This document shows positions 36,134 to 49,359 of a DNA stretch of 64,000 bases, in pieces; positions within the stretch are counted from its first letter, which is position 1, and each line of letters starts with the position of its first letter. The position numbers and the translations under genes were made by a program. Origin of the DNA: Monosiga brevicollis MX1 (Eukaryota); assembly GCF_000002865.3 (NCBI RefSeq), contig NW_001865084.1, positions 1-64,000 of the forward strand. The letters are read 5' to 3'. Under the pieces are notes generated by a model. It did no database searches, was not told the origin of the DNA, and saw only the letters and a program-made list of their open reading frames with translations.

Positions 36134-36808
36134 GCAGGGCCATCCCAGACTGCGCCAAGTGCGCGGCCTGGTTGGTGGCTCTGAAGCGGCCCTGTCCTTC
36201 TCCACTCAGCCTCGTTTCCGTGTGCTGCTGCTGTCACCGGTACTTTTGCCGATTGGTGTCGTAACTTTCTTCTTAGGCCTCCTGCCTCGTTATACCTGTT
36301 CGTTGCTGTGGCTGTTTAACCATTCTTGTGTGTGCATGTTTGCGTCTGTTGTCCCCTGGCGTCTCCCTTTCGTCACGCGCCCCGTTCAAATCCGTCATGT
36401 CAAATCGAGGATGTTGATCACTTTTTGTTGCCTCTCAACACCATGCTTGGCTACCCTCCTTTCAATCAATCATGTATCAACAGCTTGTACACTTAAGCTT
36501 GGCGTTGCTTTGTGTGTGTGTGTGTGTGTGTGTGTGTAGTGTGGGTTCCCCGCTGCGCGACAATGACATTCATGTTTTGAGGGCAGTGAAGATAAAGGTC
36601 AGGGTTCTGACACAAGAAAAGCACCAAAAAGAAGAAGTGAAAGTGAAGAACTTTAAAGTTCGATTGATCCAGAGGCTGAAGGCAGCTCCGTTGTGAACGC
36701 AAGGACGACTTACAGCACACCGACGGACAAGGCTCAAGCAGGACGGTAAACCGCACTGCTCAAGCCCCGGCCAGGCGCACCGGCGTCAATGTCCTCCGAG
36801 GAAGACAT

Positions 36809-36886
36809 TTACTTGCTGCGAGCGCGCATTTTACGGCGCTTACGCTTCAACCGGCGCATACGCTTCTTCCTCCACTTGGCCCGCAT
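36809..36886 (-). CDS. RPL41: Ribosomal protein eL41 (eS32), 25 aa
   Basis: ATG..TAA, 78 nt, encoding MRAKWRKKRMRRLKRKRRKMRARSK; too short for the ORF track. Confidence 0.97.
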   Translation of the reverse strand: MRAKWRKKRMRRLKRKRRKMRARSK

Positions 36887-37080
36887 CTATGTTTTGGAAA
36901 AAAAAAAAAGGGCAGTGAGACAAGATTGAAGAACCAGCATCAACCGTCCAAGAACGGCAACTTCAACACAAGCCTCGCTGCAGTTCACCGTTGAACAACG
37001 GCAAACTAACGAGGTTGGCTCACAAAACGGCAGCGCACGACACAGACACACAAGACAGGGAACGCCACAAGAGAACAGAC

Positions 37081-37108
37081 CTTGTTTGGTGAGAGCCCCA
37101 AAAAAAAG
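37081..37108 (-). promoter_or_regulatory. Putative non-coding first exon of RPL41 starting with a 5'TOP-like tract; intron 37080-36887
   Basis: Minus strand CTTTTTTTTGGGGCTCTCACCAAACAAG|GTCTG...poly-T CCAAAACATAG|ATG. Confidence 0.6.
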
Positions 37109-37754
37109 TGCCTGACCGGGGGTTCAAATCTCAACTCTCAAACAAGGGAAAGCAGGGTGGAGGCTGTGTTGATGAAAGGGTGGCGTTGCCTTGCAAGGGG
37201 GAAACGTCAACAAGGGTTGCAGTCACGTTGCAATAACCTTGACGTTGAGCATGACCAGCTTGCCATGCTTGAGGGCAGGTTGTTGCGGTAAGGAAGTTGA
37301 ACACGTTGCGTACACGTGTGACAACGTGACGCCTGCGACGAGGGCGAGGGGCTGGTATCTCACGGACAACATCTGTTTACAACTACAGTTCCAATGTTCG
37401 GCTTTTTTCGCCGAGAAAAACAATATCTTGTCTGACCGCACGGGTGGGGCCAAGCGACCGGCTATTGGTCGCAAAACATGTTGACGGCAGCGGGTGTCAA
37501 CGCCAGCAGCATCAGAATGAACAGGATTGGCATTTGCACATTAGGTCTGAATTACAGGTGAGGGGATGGGTCACGTTATGTTACGTCGGGCAAACGAGGT
37601 TGGTCTGATTTTATTAGCAGTCGTGGGCTCGACTGGCTAGCTAGCATGCATGCGAGCCGTACTCTGCCCCGGAAAAGAGTGAAAATAAGAGAACAGAGGC
37701 GGGGCACACATGCACGCGCTAAAAAAGGAGACGGATGGTATGATGCTAGCGGAT

Positions 37755-38893
37755 TCACGGAATGCGCTCGAATGGGGCCGTGTCCTTGAAGCATACATCG
37801 TAGACATCCTCGATGACGGCGTCAGCCTCGGATCGGCTCAGGCCCAACACCATAGCCACGCTCATGGAGGCGCGTCGCTTGACACAATTCTGTTAGAGCC
37901 GAGCAGGGATTCAAGGTTTTATGAAACAGAGTCCAGGCCTCTTGATAAGGAGAGCGCCAGCGACTTGACGGGCAGGCAACGATGGTTGCGGGGACCAGTC
38001 ACAAACCTGGTGCTGTTTCTTCCAGGCAAACTTGAGCCGATTGAAATTTTCCTGCACAAAGAAGCAGTCACCGCTCAAGCTGGCGGCACGAATCTGTTCA
38101 ACCAGAGCAAGTCAGTCGTGAGCAAGGCAGGCGGGCGCAAGCCTCCGCGCGCACAGCTGCTGCGCGGTTGGCCCGGTGTCGGCGCGACGGCCAGAGGTGG
38201 CGTGCAAAGCTACCCACCTCTGTGCAGGCCAGGTGGCGCGGGTCCTGGAAGTCCACCTTGGCCCGACAGTCATCAAACGCATGAATGAGCTCGTGCGTCA
38301 CCACACGCGTCATGTTCTCGGGAGTAAAAATATTGTTGGCACAGAGAACAATCTACATGAGGTTGCGCACAATCAATCAAGCACGAGTGAATCCGAGCCG
38401 CGGGTCGGTTGCCTTTGGTAGCGCCGGGTCAAGGTGGTATGGACACCCACCTCATCCCGTTCGGCATCGTAAGCTCCGCTCATGGCGCATTCGTTGAGTA
38501 CAAAGTATTTAGAGACATCCTTTTCGCTGCGCACACAGCAATATCAAAATCCAGTCGTGCCGGAAAAGCGGCCGTCGTCAGGTGCGCTCATTAGCACGAG
38601 ATGCAGGACATACCAGCCAGCCGTGCGGAGGGCATCCAGCATAAAGGTGACAAAGGCTGTCATATGGCCGGACACAGCCGATGGGTGAGCGGATCTAGAC
38701 CAGCCAAGCGTGCCAGCTTGCAGCCCCGAGTAGCGGACCGCTTACGAGCTTTGAGCGACTTTTGGAGCCAGCGCTCGCCGCGCTGCTGATCCTCTGGCCT
38801 GCAAGGTTTGAACTGAATATTCTTTTCCGCGTGTGTCATGGGTTCTGCCGACGCCTGCGGCGCTGCCGCTGCGGTAGCAGAGGCCTCGGCCAT
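37755..38893 (-). CDS. ATP23: Mitochondrial inner membrane protease ATP23 (peptidase M76)
   Basis: [18 protein letters not shown]...[45 protein letters not shown]...[12 protein letters not shown]. Confidence 0.93.
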
Positions 38894-38952
38894 CCTGCTG
38901 CACGTGTCCTCGACCGCCACCTGAGCCAGCCACCACTTGGACGCAACTCGAC

Positions 38953-38957
<5 letters not shown>

Positions 38958-39007
<50 letters not shown>

Positions 39008-39024
39008 GTGTGTGTGTGTGTGTG
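38958..39024. repeat. (GT)n microsatellite between divergent ATP23 and GGCT-like genes
   Basis: Direct reading. Confidence 0.95.
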
Positions 39025-39187
39025 ATTTGCTCACTTTGTCAGACAAAAAGTAGCTACATAAATGGCATCAGTTACGACTGGTCAAAACGTTGCATGCACA
39101 TTCAAATCTACATTTACCTTGGATTCGTCTACGATAATGTATTGATAGCTTCAGACTCTCTGGCTCACGGGGACAGGACGGGGGAGC

Positions 39188-39616
39188 ATGGCCGGTGCCA
39201 CGCTGTGGGTGTTTAGCTACGGCACGCTGCGCGCACCAGAGCTGCAGGAGATTCTATTGGGTCGAAGGGTGGAGATGCGGCGCGCCGTGCTGGAGGACTT
39301 TGCTGTTCAGGTGGACCCGCACTTGGGCTACCTCATGCTGGCGGTTTCACCAGGGAGTCGTGTTGAGGGCTGTCTGCTGGAGGTGACGCCGGCCGAGTTG
39401 CTGCGCTTTGATGCATGGGAGGAGGTGCCGCTCTATCAACGCGCGCAAGTGCAAGCCCGCCTCGCGCACACCCACGAGCTCGTTTCAGCGATTTGCTACC
39501 TGCGTCCTGACGTTCAGGGTGAGCCAGTGTCAGATCCCAACTGCCTCGCCACTAAAGACTGGACCCTGGTATTGGCGGAGGCGCGGGATCTCGCAGCCAC
39601 GCTGCCTCCGCTCTGA
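39188..39616 (+). CDS. Gamma-glutamylcyclotransferase (AIG2/GGACT-like) family protein, intronless
   Basis: VFSYGTL motif, VEGCLLEV...ELLRFDAWEE..YQR. Confidence 0.85.
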   Translation: MAGATLWVFSYGTLRAPELQEILLGRRVEMRRAVLEDFAVQVDPHLGYLMLAVSPGSRVEGCLLEVTPAELLRFDAWEEVPLYQRAQVQARLAHTHELVSAICYLRPDVQGEPVSDPNCLATKDWTLVLAEARDLAATLPPL

Positions 39617-40820
39617 ACGCAGCAGTGTCTAACCTTCAAAGAAAAACCATCGCAAGCCGGCATCGATCGAGCCCCCCGCCCCCCGGCCCGAGCTGGTGTG
39701 TGCGAGCAAGGAGGCTCTGGGTGAGAGCGCGCACGTCGTGCCCAAAGCTGCACACGAGCACTCTTTGCATTAATGTCGAGCATATTAGACTTGTTGTAGA
39801 ACTGTAACGAAACCTTTAGTTGGCTTTTGCAGACAAATTGAGAGAAACCGCCGACTTGCACCGCAAAATACATCTGACAATCTGACAATCTGACAAAAGT
39901 TTTGACAGCCCATCTGTGTGTGTGATCACAACACTTGGAGCTGAACTTGTACACACAGAGAGAGAGGGACAAGGTTGGGGACCGTGGCAGAGATGAAGCG
40001 GCTCGATGGAGACGATGGTAGAGAGAGGCATGGATGTGAACGCAGACATGGTGAAAATACAAAGTAAAATAAGCCTGGTTCAGAGATGGCTATGGAACCA
40101 TGCTCAAAATCAGAGATACAGTAGAATCCATCGGTACGGGAAGAGAATGTGTTCAGCTGCATTCATCATCAATGAGGTCGACGACCAACGACTGACGACT
40201 GACTGACCGACCGACCGACCGACCGACCGACGGCAGCGACGGTGAGAGGGAGGCGCGTTTGGAAATGCAGTGGCCTGTCTGGGCGCTGTCATTACAAGGA
40301 AGCACCGGCATATAGCCAGACAGAGAATGAGCAAAAGAGCCCGAGCCAGAGACTCACAGGCAGAGAGAGTCGGAAAGACGGAAGGACTCGCAGCAGTGGA
40401 CACTGCACATGCCATCCGCTGAAGCTACTCAAACTCTGGATGGGAGAGAGAGAGCGAGAGGGCAGGAGAGAGAGAGGGACTGGCCGTGTGAGGGTAGCTG
40501 TGTTGGATGGGGATGGGCTCGGCTGAGCAAGAGCTACAGGTTCAGTCAGACCTTGACAAGCAGAACGATCATGTCACTCATTGCTGCATATATACTCACC
40601 GACCCCTGCTTTCTTTTTTTTTCTATTTGGGTGCTTCCTGCTCGTGCTCTTTTTTCGATATTCCTCTTAGGTGAAGCGGCAGCGTGTCTGTTGAGACACT
40701 CGGCTCATCCTGCTGCGACCTTAGTCGCCCGCTTGCTGCTTGTCCCCGAGCCCCAATTGCTTTGAAACCCAAACCGCCACGTCATTTCGCATCGCGGGCA
40801 GCGGTACCAGCGTTTGCGAC

Positions 40821-43800
40821 ATGGACGTCGATAACCTTACAGGAGTGGGACCAGGCGCCTCTCCCGTACCCACGGTCCTTCCACAGGACTTGGAAGACAC
40901 GGCCGCCGACTTTCATCCCTATGATGCAGCCGTCTCCCCCATCAACCCTTACCTCCGCCATCTGGCCTACAGCAGCAACTGTGAAGAGGAGCGCCAGCAG
41001 GCCCTGCATGACATCCAGCGGGGCCTTGCCCAAGTTGTCCTACACCACCGACTAGAGCCTAGCCTTCGCTTCTGGTGCCGCCGCTTAGAAACGTCAGTGG
41101 TCGTTATGCCAGAAAGCGTGGCCTTGGGCCTGCGCACTTGAGCACGTGCTCCTGAACAATGTCTGATGTTCCCTTACCAGTGGCTAACAAACACATGCCG
41201 TGGGAGGGGAACGCCGTGTTACTTTGACTATTCGTGTCACAGAGCTTACTCTCACCCGAGTCAAACCCGACCCGGTCGGTGCGCCCGCTGCCTCGCTCCT
41301 CGTCACGCCCCCTCCCTCAGCTACATGCAAATCTATGACCGTGCCTTCTCCAAACAAGAGGCCATTGACCTGGTCCAGCTGCTATGGACGTTGTTAATTC
41401 TGCCCGACCTGGACATTGCCTTGCAGCACCGCATCGCCCGCTCACTCCGGGCCATCGTGGGCCAGCGAACCCTCCTCAAGCCACGAGACCTTGAACTTTC
41501 CTGGCGCCCCCTCGTCGACCTCGTCATCAAGCATCACTTTCCCAAAGTTCGCGCTGCCGCCACAGCCTCCACCGAGTGCGTGTGCCCATCTGTTTTCGCC
41601 TAATCGCTGCCGCAACCACCCACCGTGCGCGCATGCGCTACATTGGTGCCCCAACAGCACTCCCATGCTGGCTTGGCTTCACGTGACCCCTCACCTCGAT
41701 TTTTGACCCATTGTTGCTGCGCACTAGGCACGGCGCCATCTTGACCTCCTTGTTGCGCTGTTGTCGCCGTTTCTTTCCGGCGTCCGCCGCACGAGAAATA
41801 TGGGCTCATTTTGCGCCCTTGCTCTGCCCAAATGACGAGAGCATGTACAAGGCCGTGGCCTTTCTCGCTCTCCTCTTGCCCACCGACAGCGAGTGCGTTT
41901 GATTTGCTCTGCTGATCCAACACCGCGAGCTCGGCCTGACTCTTGCTGGTTGTTTGCTCAACCGTCTCTGGTCATGCTTGCTTACCACGGAACAGGTCCC
42001 GCGCGACTGACTCGGACTTTTATCTTCAGTGGTTTGAACCAATGATGACGTACGTCATTGGCCAATATCTTGCGCATCTTTTGATTGACCGGCCCTTCAT
42101 TGGATTTTCTGTCCTCATCTGGCCCGATGCGGTGGTGCCCTGCAGGGTCTGGCAGTGGCGTGGCGACAACAGACCCTGGGATGCCATATTCTTGTCCCTC
42201 CTGAGCCGGGCCGTCAGTCATGCCGGCCATCGAGTTGACCTCGAGCCGCATTGGCCGTGGCTGTTTAGCAAGGTGCCCCGCTGCTTCCAAACCCACCGCT
42301 GGCCCGCTCTTTTGGTGCACACTACATTTCAAACATGTAATCGTAAAAGAGAGAGAAAGAGCTCCCTGGTCGTGTCTCACCTCGCTCATCCATGAACGTG
42401 TTTGTTCTCATCTGTAGATCCTGAACAGCTTCAATCTTCCTGTCACGGGCAGCGAGGCGCGTGCGAGGGCCAACTATCTTCCACCCCACATCAATATTCT
42501 GGTTCGCCTTGTTGCCCTCAGATTTGAGTTGCTGCCCTACCATTCGTTCGACTGTACCTCCAGTTTCACCATGCACGTCCCCATCTATTGCATCGCTTTT
42601 AGGCGCCCTCTGGCTCGCCAGAAATGCGCATCGCATCCATCATTGTGGACACCATTCACAACGAATCCCCCTCTCTGGTTGGTCGCAATGCTGGGGTGCA
42701 ATAGCCTCGGACGCCTCGGCAGTTTTGCGCCGCGCTCTTTTTTTCGTTTTCGTTTGCCTTGGAGCATTAGCACTTCCTCTGTGGGAGCTGTTGCCTCAAT
42801 GCCAACTCGTGGGCTTGATTGTAGGAGTACCTGCGTCGGCTGTTGCGCGCTTTTGAGAGCTACTTGCATCCCTCCAACTCGGGGCCGTGGTCCATGAGCA
42901 TTGCCTCCTTTCTGCAGCATCTGACTTCAGAAATGTGCGCACGGCTCTTTGAGGAAACGTGCGAAGACTGCACCATCCCTCCCAACCGCCGGTATGTGCT
43001 GGCCAATTCAAAACCATTCCGCATCCGTCATGCTGTTGACATTAGCACTAGGACCATGGTACTGTCCGCCTCATGCATGCTCTGTACCAGGATGACGCCT
43101 GAGCTGCGCCGGCAATTTGTGGAACTCTTGCGCGAGCCCGTCCTGATGCTGCTCTTGGCCAAGAATCTGGTACGTATACAAGCGGGTGCCCGGTGGCTTT
43201 GTGCCCCCGGTTCTTGGACAAGGCTGGTCAAGGGTTTTAGACTCGTGCAGGTGCTTGCACGAGCTGCACTCGGTCATTGCCTCACCGTCTCCATGAACAT
43301 GCTTGATCACAGAGGGTAACATTGAGCATCATGCCAGCACTGCGCAACTTGGCGCACATTTATCCGCCTGCACTCCTGGATGTCATGCTCGAGCGCGTCT
43401 ACCCCATGCTGCAGGTGCGTGCGCTTGCGTATGGTGCCTGTTGTTGTGACGACTGTGCGCACGCGGCGTGCTTCCCTTTTTCGTGCAAACCGTCGCCGCT
43501 TCTGGCCTGGTTGTTGTCCTCACGAGATGACCCGCGTGCGCGCCTGCCGTGATCAGTCCTTGACAGAGTCGCATGGCACCATCGCCGCCCTGGCTTCGTT
43601 GAGCATGGTTGCTCGTCCCCTGTGCACCCCCTCTCTCTATGCAGCCGGTGGGTGCCGGCTATAGCTCTTGCGGGTGCAGCTGCTTTAATATCCCACAGTT
43701 TTGGGGTTAACCCTTCTCACCGACACTATTTTTTTTTCTTTTCTTTTTTCTTTTGCTTTTGTCCCTCAGGTCGCCAGCACTTGATTCCGTTGCTGCGCAT

Positions 43801-46800
43801 GGCTGTGCCCGCCATCGATCTCAACGATGCCTATAAATCCTCGGCCGCCCTCAACTTTATGAGCAATATACTCGATGGATTGGTACTCGTGGACTGCAGC
43901 CAGGGTCCCTTTCCCGCCGACGTGACCGAGGAAGAGCGTGAGTTCTTCTCTGCCACGGCCGAGCTTGAGGAGTGGACCATGGCTGTTCTCCAGCAAATCT
44001 TTGCTCTTCTCGAGACCCAGGTGGCCTCCAGTGGCTCTCGGTACAACATTGAAGGGGGCATCTCTGCCCGCGTCATTTCGTTTTGCTTCTTCCTTTTCCA
44101 GCAGATGAGTCCGAAAATTAGCGAACAGGCTTCGCGTTTTGTGGTGCGCTGGGTTCAGTCCCACCTCGTACTTGATAACGTCAAGGCCGTGGCACACATT
44201 TGCCACTCTGCGGCCCAGGTACAGCCTGAGCTGATGCTGCAGCTTATGGTTCCGTACAGCTGCGATCGCGTGCTCGAGCTCGTCCCCGATGCGGCTCGAT
44301 GGGATGACACTGGCATTGTCGACGACACACATGCCGATAGCCATCTGCTGTGGCACCTGCATCTTCTTGCGCGCGTCGTCAAGTTTCAGGGCGTTGCCCT
44401 GCTACCTTACATGGAGCGCTTGACGGAGGTTTTGGAGGCTTGCTTAGGCCTTGCTTCCAAGCCCGTGGTCGAAGTAGCCATCAAGCTGCTACGTCACATC
44501 CTGTTTGCGCTCAGCTCGCCAAGCATCATGGATCGACGTACCGTGCCACCCAGCGTTTGGGCACGGGTACAGGAAGACCCAGTCGCCGTCATGCGGGCTG
44601 CCAGTTGCTTGGTGAATCCCAGTGCTACCCCCTTGCCCGTGGATTGCGCTGAAGTGGAAGTCAGCTGGAGCCAGCCCACTGCCGAGACGATGGCGGCCGT
44701 TGATAGGCTCGTGCATCGCATCGTCCTGCCCGAAATGGCTTGCCTTCGAGACGGTCTTTTGACTCACGACACCGACAGCGCGGGCGGAAGCATTGCTGAC
44801 CACATCCGCCATCGTCGGCTTTACCGTGCGCTTTTGATTCTACGCGATGTCGTGCGGGTGGGCCCGGCCATCATGGATATGGAATTCCAGGCGCGTCCCG
44901 CTCCAAAACGTGAAGGAGACACACCCCATCGGCGGGTAGAGGAGTCGCACCCCTGGCTCGAGGTTGGCTTTTATGACGTGAGCCGTTGGTCTGGGTGGGC
45001 GCTGCGCGCCTCGGATGTGGCCCGCGCTCTCTTGGACGTCTCCCAATACCTTCGCACGCACCGTTCTGATGATGCCCGTGCCATGCGCGCTGCCGTGCAC
45101 GCGACATACTTTTTCCTGACCACGCGAGGCATGCGCGATCGCAAGCTGCAGCGGGCTCAACATGCCATTGTCAGCACCTCGCTCGCGCACCCCGTGGTGC
45201 GCCGCAACCTAACCTCGCGCCCCACAGCAATCAATTACATCATCCTCCTCCACATGCGCCGCCTTGTCACAAACCGGTCGGCGCACCTCGATGTACCACT
45301 GAGCGACGAGCTTGTGCGCGAGCTGTTTGAGATGTCCGTGATTGACTACGCCGAAGTTCGCAAGGCCGCTCAAAGCAGCCTCAATTCTACCTTTGCGGCC
45401 CTTCCCTTGTGCAAGCAAGATGTTTTTGAGGCCAGCATGCAGTGCCTTGAGGCGGGCACGGCGAGCGGACCGGAGCCCGACGCACCGTTGCGCGATGACG
45501 ATGAACACCACAGTGCACGCAAGGGGGCGTTGTATCTGCTCAAATCGCGCGCCATGCTCAAGTACATTTGTCGGCACTGGGGCCGCTTGCGTCGGTTGCT
45601 ACGCGGCATTACGCGCCTTCGTGCGGTAGATCGCGTCTCCATTCAGAACCTGGTGGCTCAGCTCTCCAATGAACTGCACAACCACATATGGATGCGCAGC
45701 TACGCTCGCCTCGACGACAGTTGCTGGCAGCGGGCAGTCACCCTGGCCCCTGAACTGGCGGGCCAGGAGGCTGAGTTTGAAGCTGCATGCGTTGAGGCAC
45801 AGACTTGGGTGGCCAAGGTGAACGACAGCCTACGCGCCCTGAGCAACTTTATCGCAAACTGGCTGAGCCAGGACGATCATCACTGGCGATATGAGCTCAT
45901 TCTTGCTGATAAACTCGGCTTGCTCATCTTGATGCCCGTGGCCCAGACGCCGGCCGTGTGTCACTTCTTCGTCCAAGCGCTCGCCAGCGCCCACCAACGC
46001 CTGCGCATGCACGCGACCTCAACCATGGCCCTACTCCTAGCATCGGTAAAGCGGCCGGCTGAGCGCGTGCCGTATCACTTTGCTGACGGCGAGCTGCGCC
46101 CGGGAACGACGACTAAGCCCGACGAACCGTGCGTCCTTACTCCCGGGGTGCGGCCGGACAACAAGGCGCTGATGTATTCGCGGGAGGTGGCGCAAGAGGC
46201 CATGGCCAGTGCCGAGGTCTATGATCACCTCGTTTTCATGGATAAAAATTACTTTTCTTGGGCAGGCTACCGGCCCACGGTTGAGTTTTACCGTCCCCTA
46301 GCGGAGGCGCCGAGTACCATATTTGCCGATGCGCCCCCTGCGGCGGAGGGCATGGAGACTGACGCAACCTGGTTGGCCGCGCACACCGTGCGCGAGCAGC
46401 TCCTGGATCAGCCCGAGCACTTGGAGCGATGGTTTACGTTTTTGTTGATGGAAGCACACGAGGCCGACTCGGCATCGGGGTACCGTACGTTTACGGATAG
46501 CATCGCAGACATTTTCAAGGGCCTCTTCCGTAACCACGGACCGGCCGTGTTGACGAGCCTGGATGCCCAGGTGACACGGGTGTTGGCGCAACCGGATAAG
46601 CGCAGCCATCAACGCTGTGCCGCTGAGCTCTTTGCAGGTTTGGCACGTGGCCTCAAGCACTGGCGGCATGCCGATGTGCAGCGTGCCTACGAATGGCTGT
46701 TGCCCAAGTTGGACACGATGATGGCGGCCATGTCCAACGAGACGGTCTCGTTTTGGGTGCATTTTGCACGCAATGCGATGTATGACCGAGATGCGCGGCG

Positions 46801-48228
46801 CTTGTTTCCTATGCTGGACTGGATCATGCGCTTTGAGGTGGATCAGAATTCGGGCTTGTCTTCCATGACCATTTGCTCGCGCTTGGTCATGGCGCAGCAA
46901 GCCATTGCTGAGCTCAGCTGGCGCGGCGAAGCTTTGTGTGCGGAGACGCTGGAGCGCTTGCGGGAGCAGCTTGAGCACCCCTTTAAGCTAGTGCGTGAAC
47001 AGATTGCTCTCAGCATCGTGTCGTGCTGTCGAGCCACCAAGCGTTATTCGCTGCCGTGCATGAATGGGCAAGAGGCGGGTACCCCAGCACCGGACTTGGT
47101 CGCGGCGACCGTGCTTGCCCTGGTGGAGGCGGCGCAGTCTTTTGTGTCTTCGTCCGAGACAGTGGGGCTGCGAGATGAGGGCGCGGCAGCGTTGAAGACC
47201 ACGTTGGGTGTTGTACATGCAGGCCTGCGGGAGGCGGGCCTGCTCAACGACATATTGCCTGCTGTGGTGCGCTTGCTGCTGGCCATACCCGAGACGCGGG
47301 ATGACCCAGAGCTGTTTGAGCTGTCTCAGCGTAGCCTGCGACTGGCATCAGAGACACAGCTCTCTGCGAGTACGGTAAACGCAGTGCTGGACATGTTGCT
47401 GGAGGAGTGTGGCCGGGCTTCAGCCAACTGGCACTACCGGCGCCGCCTGCTGCGCTTTGTGCAGGTGATCATGTATCGGAACCTCTTTTCGGTAAATCAC
47501 GCGGCGATCGAGCAACTGCTGCGGGCACTGCTGTCGGATGAGCACGTCGAGGTACGGGAGGCTGCAGCCGTGTCACTGAGCGGAGCTGTGCGCTGCGGGC
47601 TGATTGAGCGCGTGGAGGATCAAGCCATGACGTTTACACAGCTCTTGCCCAAGCCCAAGAAGCACAAGCGTCGCAAGGCGGCAGCGGCTAGTGCGGGCGC
47701 CGACAGCACTGCCTCTGACTTGAATCATCAACATTCGGCCCTTCTGGGCCTCCAAAGCCTGGTTCTGGCGTACCCGTACACCTTTCCCGCCTGGATGCCA
47801 GAGGTGCTGCTGACCGTGGGTCGCTTTGCGGGCGAGATCGATCCGGTTGGGTACGTTTGGGCCCGCGTGAGATGTGCTAGCCGTGTGTTTTGTGCTTGTT
47901 TTTTTTTTTTTTTTTTTTGCGTGGGAGAGGGGATGGGACGGGACGGGACGGGAGGAAAGGTGGCACGAGTGTTGCAGATTTTTTTTGGGAGGGCCCCTAA
48001 AAGGAGAAAGGAGAAAGGCGTTTGTATTTTTGGCACGGGAGCTGTGGGGGTCGTTGTCGCTGCTTGTTTCTCATGTGTCGACTGGTGTGTAGGCGAACAG
48101 CACGCAAGACGCTGTCTGAGTTTTGGCGCACGCATCAGGATACATGGCACCAAATCAAGGCTTCGTTAACGGAGGATCAACAACTTTTTTTACAGGATTT
48201 GCTCATCTCCCCTTCTTATTATGCATAA
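40821..48228 (+). CDS. PSME4: Proteasome activator complex subunit 4 (PA200/Blm10), multi-exon
   Basis: LELSWRPL; FESYLHPSNSGPW; AIDLNDAYKS; DYAEVRKAAQ; FKGLFRNHG; QRCAAELFAGLARG; DEHVEVRE; C-terminal SEFWRTHQDTW...LISPSYYA* (HbYX motif). Confidence 0.95.
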
Positions 48229-49154
48229 GAGGCATGGGCGTTGAGAAGCTCTTTTTGCGGCGTCGACGCCGCAGACTGATTGATGGCTTTATCTAATATT
48301 TGTATGCTGTTTGGTTGAATACACTGATACACTATGATGGGTGATTGTGAACACGCACGCCATACAACCTCCTCGACTTGTTGGGTTGCGCTGGGTCTGG
48401 GTGGTCTGTCAACCTTTTTCTTCCTACATCATTGCGTTTGGTGCTCTGTGGTTGCGGTCGTCGTCTGTAAAATTCACAAGCTTACTCATTGCTTATGCAC
48501 GCCGTCGACATGTGGTGCGATGGGGGGTGGTATACCGCGACTCCATACCAGTAGAGCAGCAAGGCATGTGTGGTGGTGGTGGGCAGGGAGGGGTGGAAGA
48601 AACATGCAAGCCTACCGGGTATGGGGGAGAAGACGCATGGACCAAATACAGGTTGCCATGCTGCACCTTCGTATGGTGGAGAAGGGGGGTGCCCACACCA
48701 GCTACGACCAGGGACACTTCCTCTCCGAGGCTTGATCGTGACCACAGCGGTATCGTCAGAAAAAAAAACTCGTACACTTTGCTTGTTGCAGCCGGCGCGG
48801 TGAATTTCGAGCCCCAAAATGTCACTGTCTGACATTTTGGTGGGTTGACGTCATCGCGTAAAGTGGTGGATGTTGCTCTCCACTTGACCACTCTTCCACA
48901 CCGACCGCCCCTTACGAGTGTTTGAATGCCCACAAAATCAAAGTGTCGCGTGGGTTCAATCCCACATTCCCCATAAGTGTATCATAGGCTTGACTGAAAG
49001 GGAATGGGAAATTTTCAGACAGTTAGTTTTCCACACATCAAGTAGACAAACACACATGAAGGCAAGCTTTGACCTTGTCATACCATCCACCCCCGCGCCT
49101 GCTGCCCACGCTTGACTCTGCTCGCATGGTACTCGAGTGTACACACTTTTCCCT

Positions 49155-49195
49155 TCACTCACCTCACTCACTCACTCACTCACTCACTCACTCAC
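49155..49195. repeat. (TCAC)n tetranucleotide repeat upstream of the orphan gene
   Basis: Direct reading. Confidence 0.9.
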
Positions 49196-49359
49196 ACACA
49201 CACTCTCTGGACGACAACACGAGCTGTGCATTTTCTTCTTCTCCCAAGTCGCATCAACCAGCCAACAACTGCCAGCAGCTCAGGAACAAGATCTTCTCAA
49301 GAGCACAACTGCCTCATCAACAGCTGCCTCAGCCGCGACCCCGCCACATACTGGTCATC

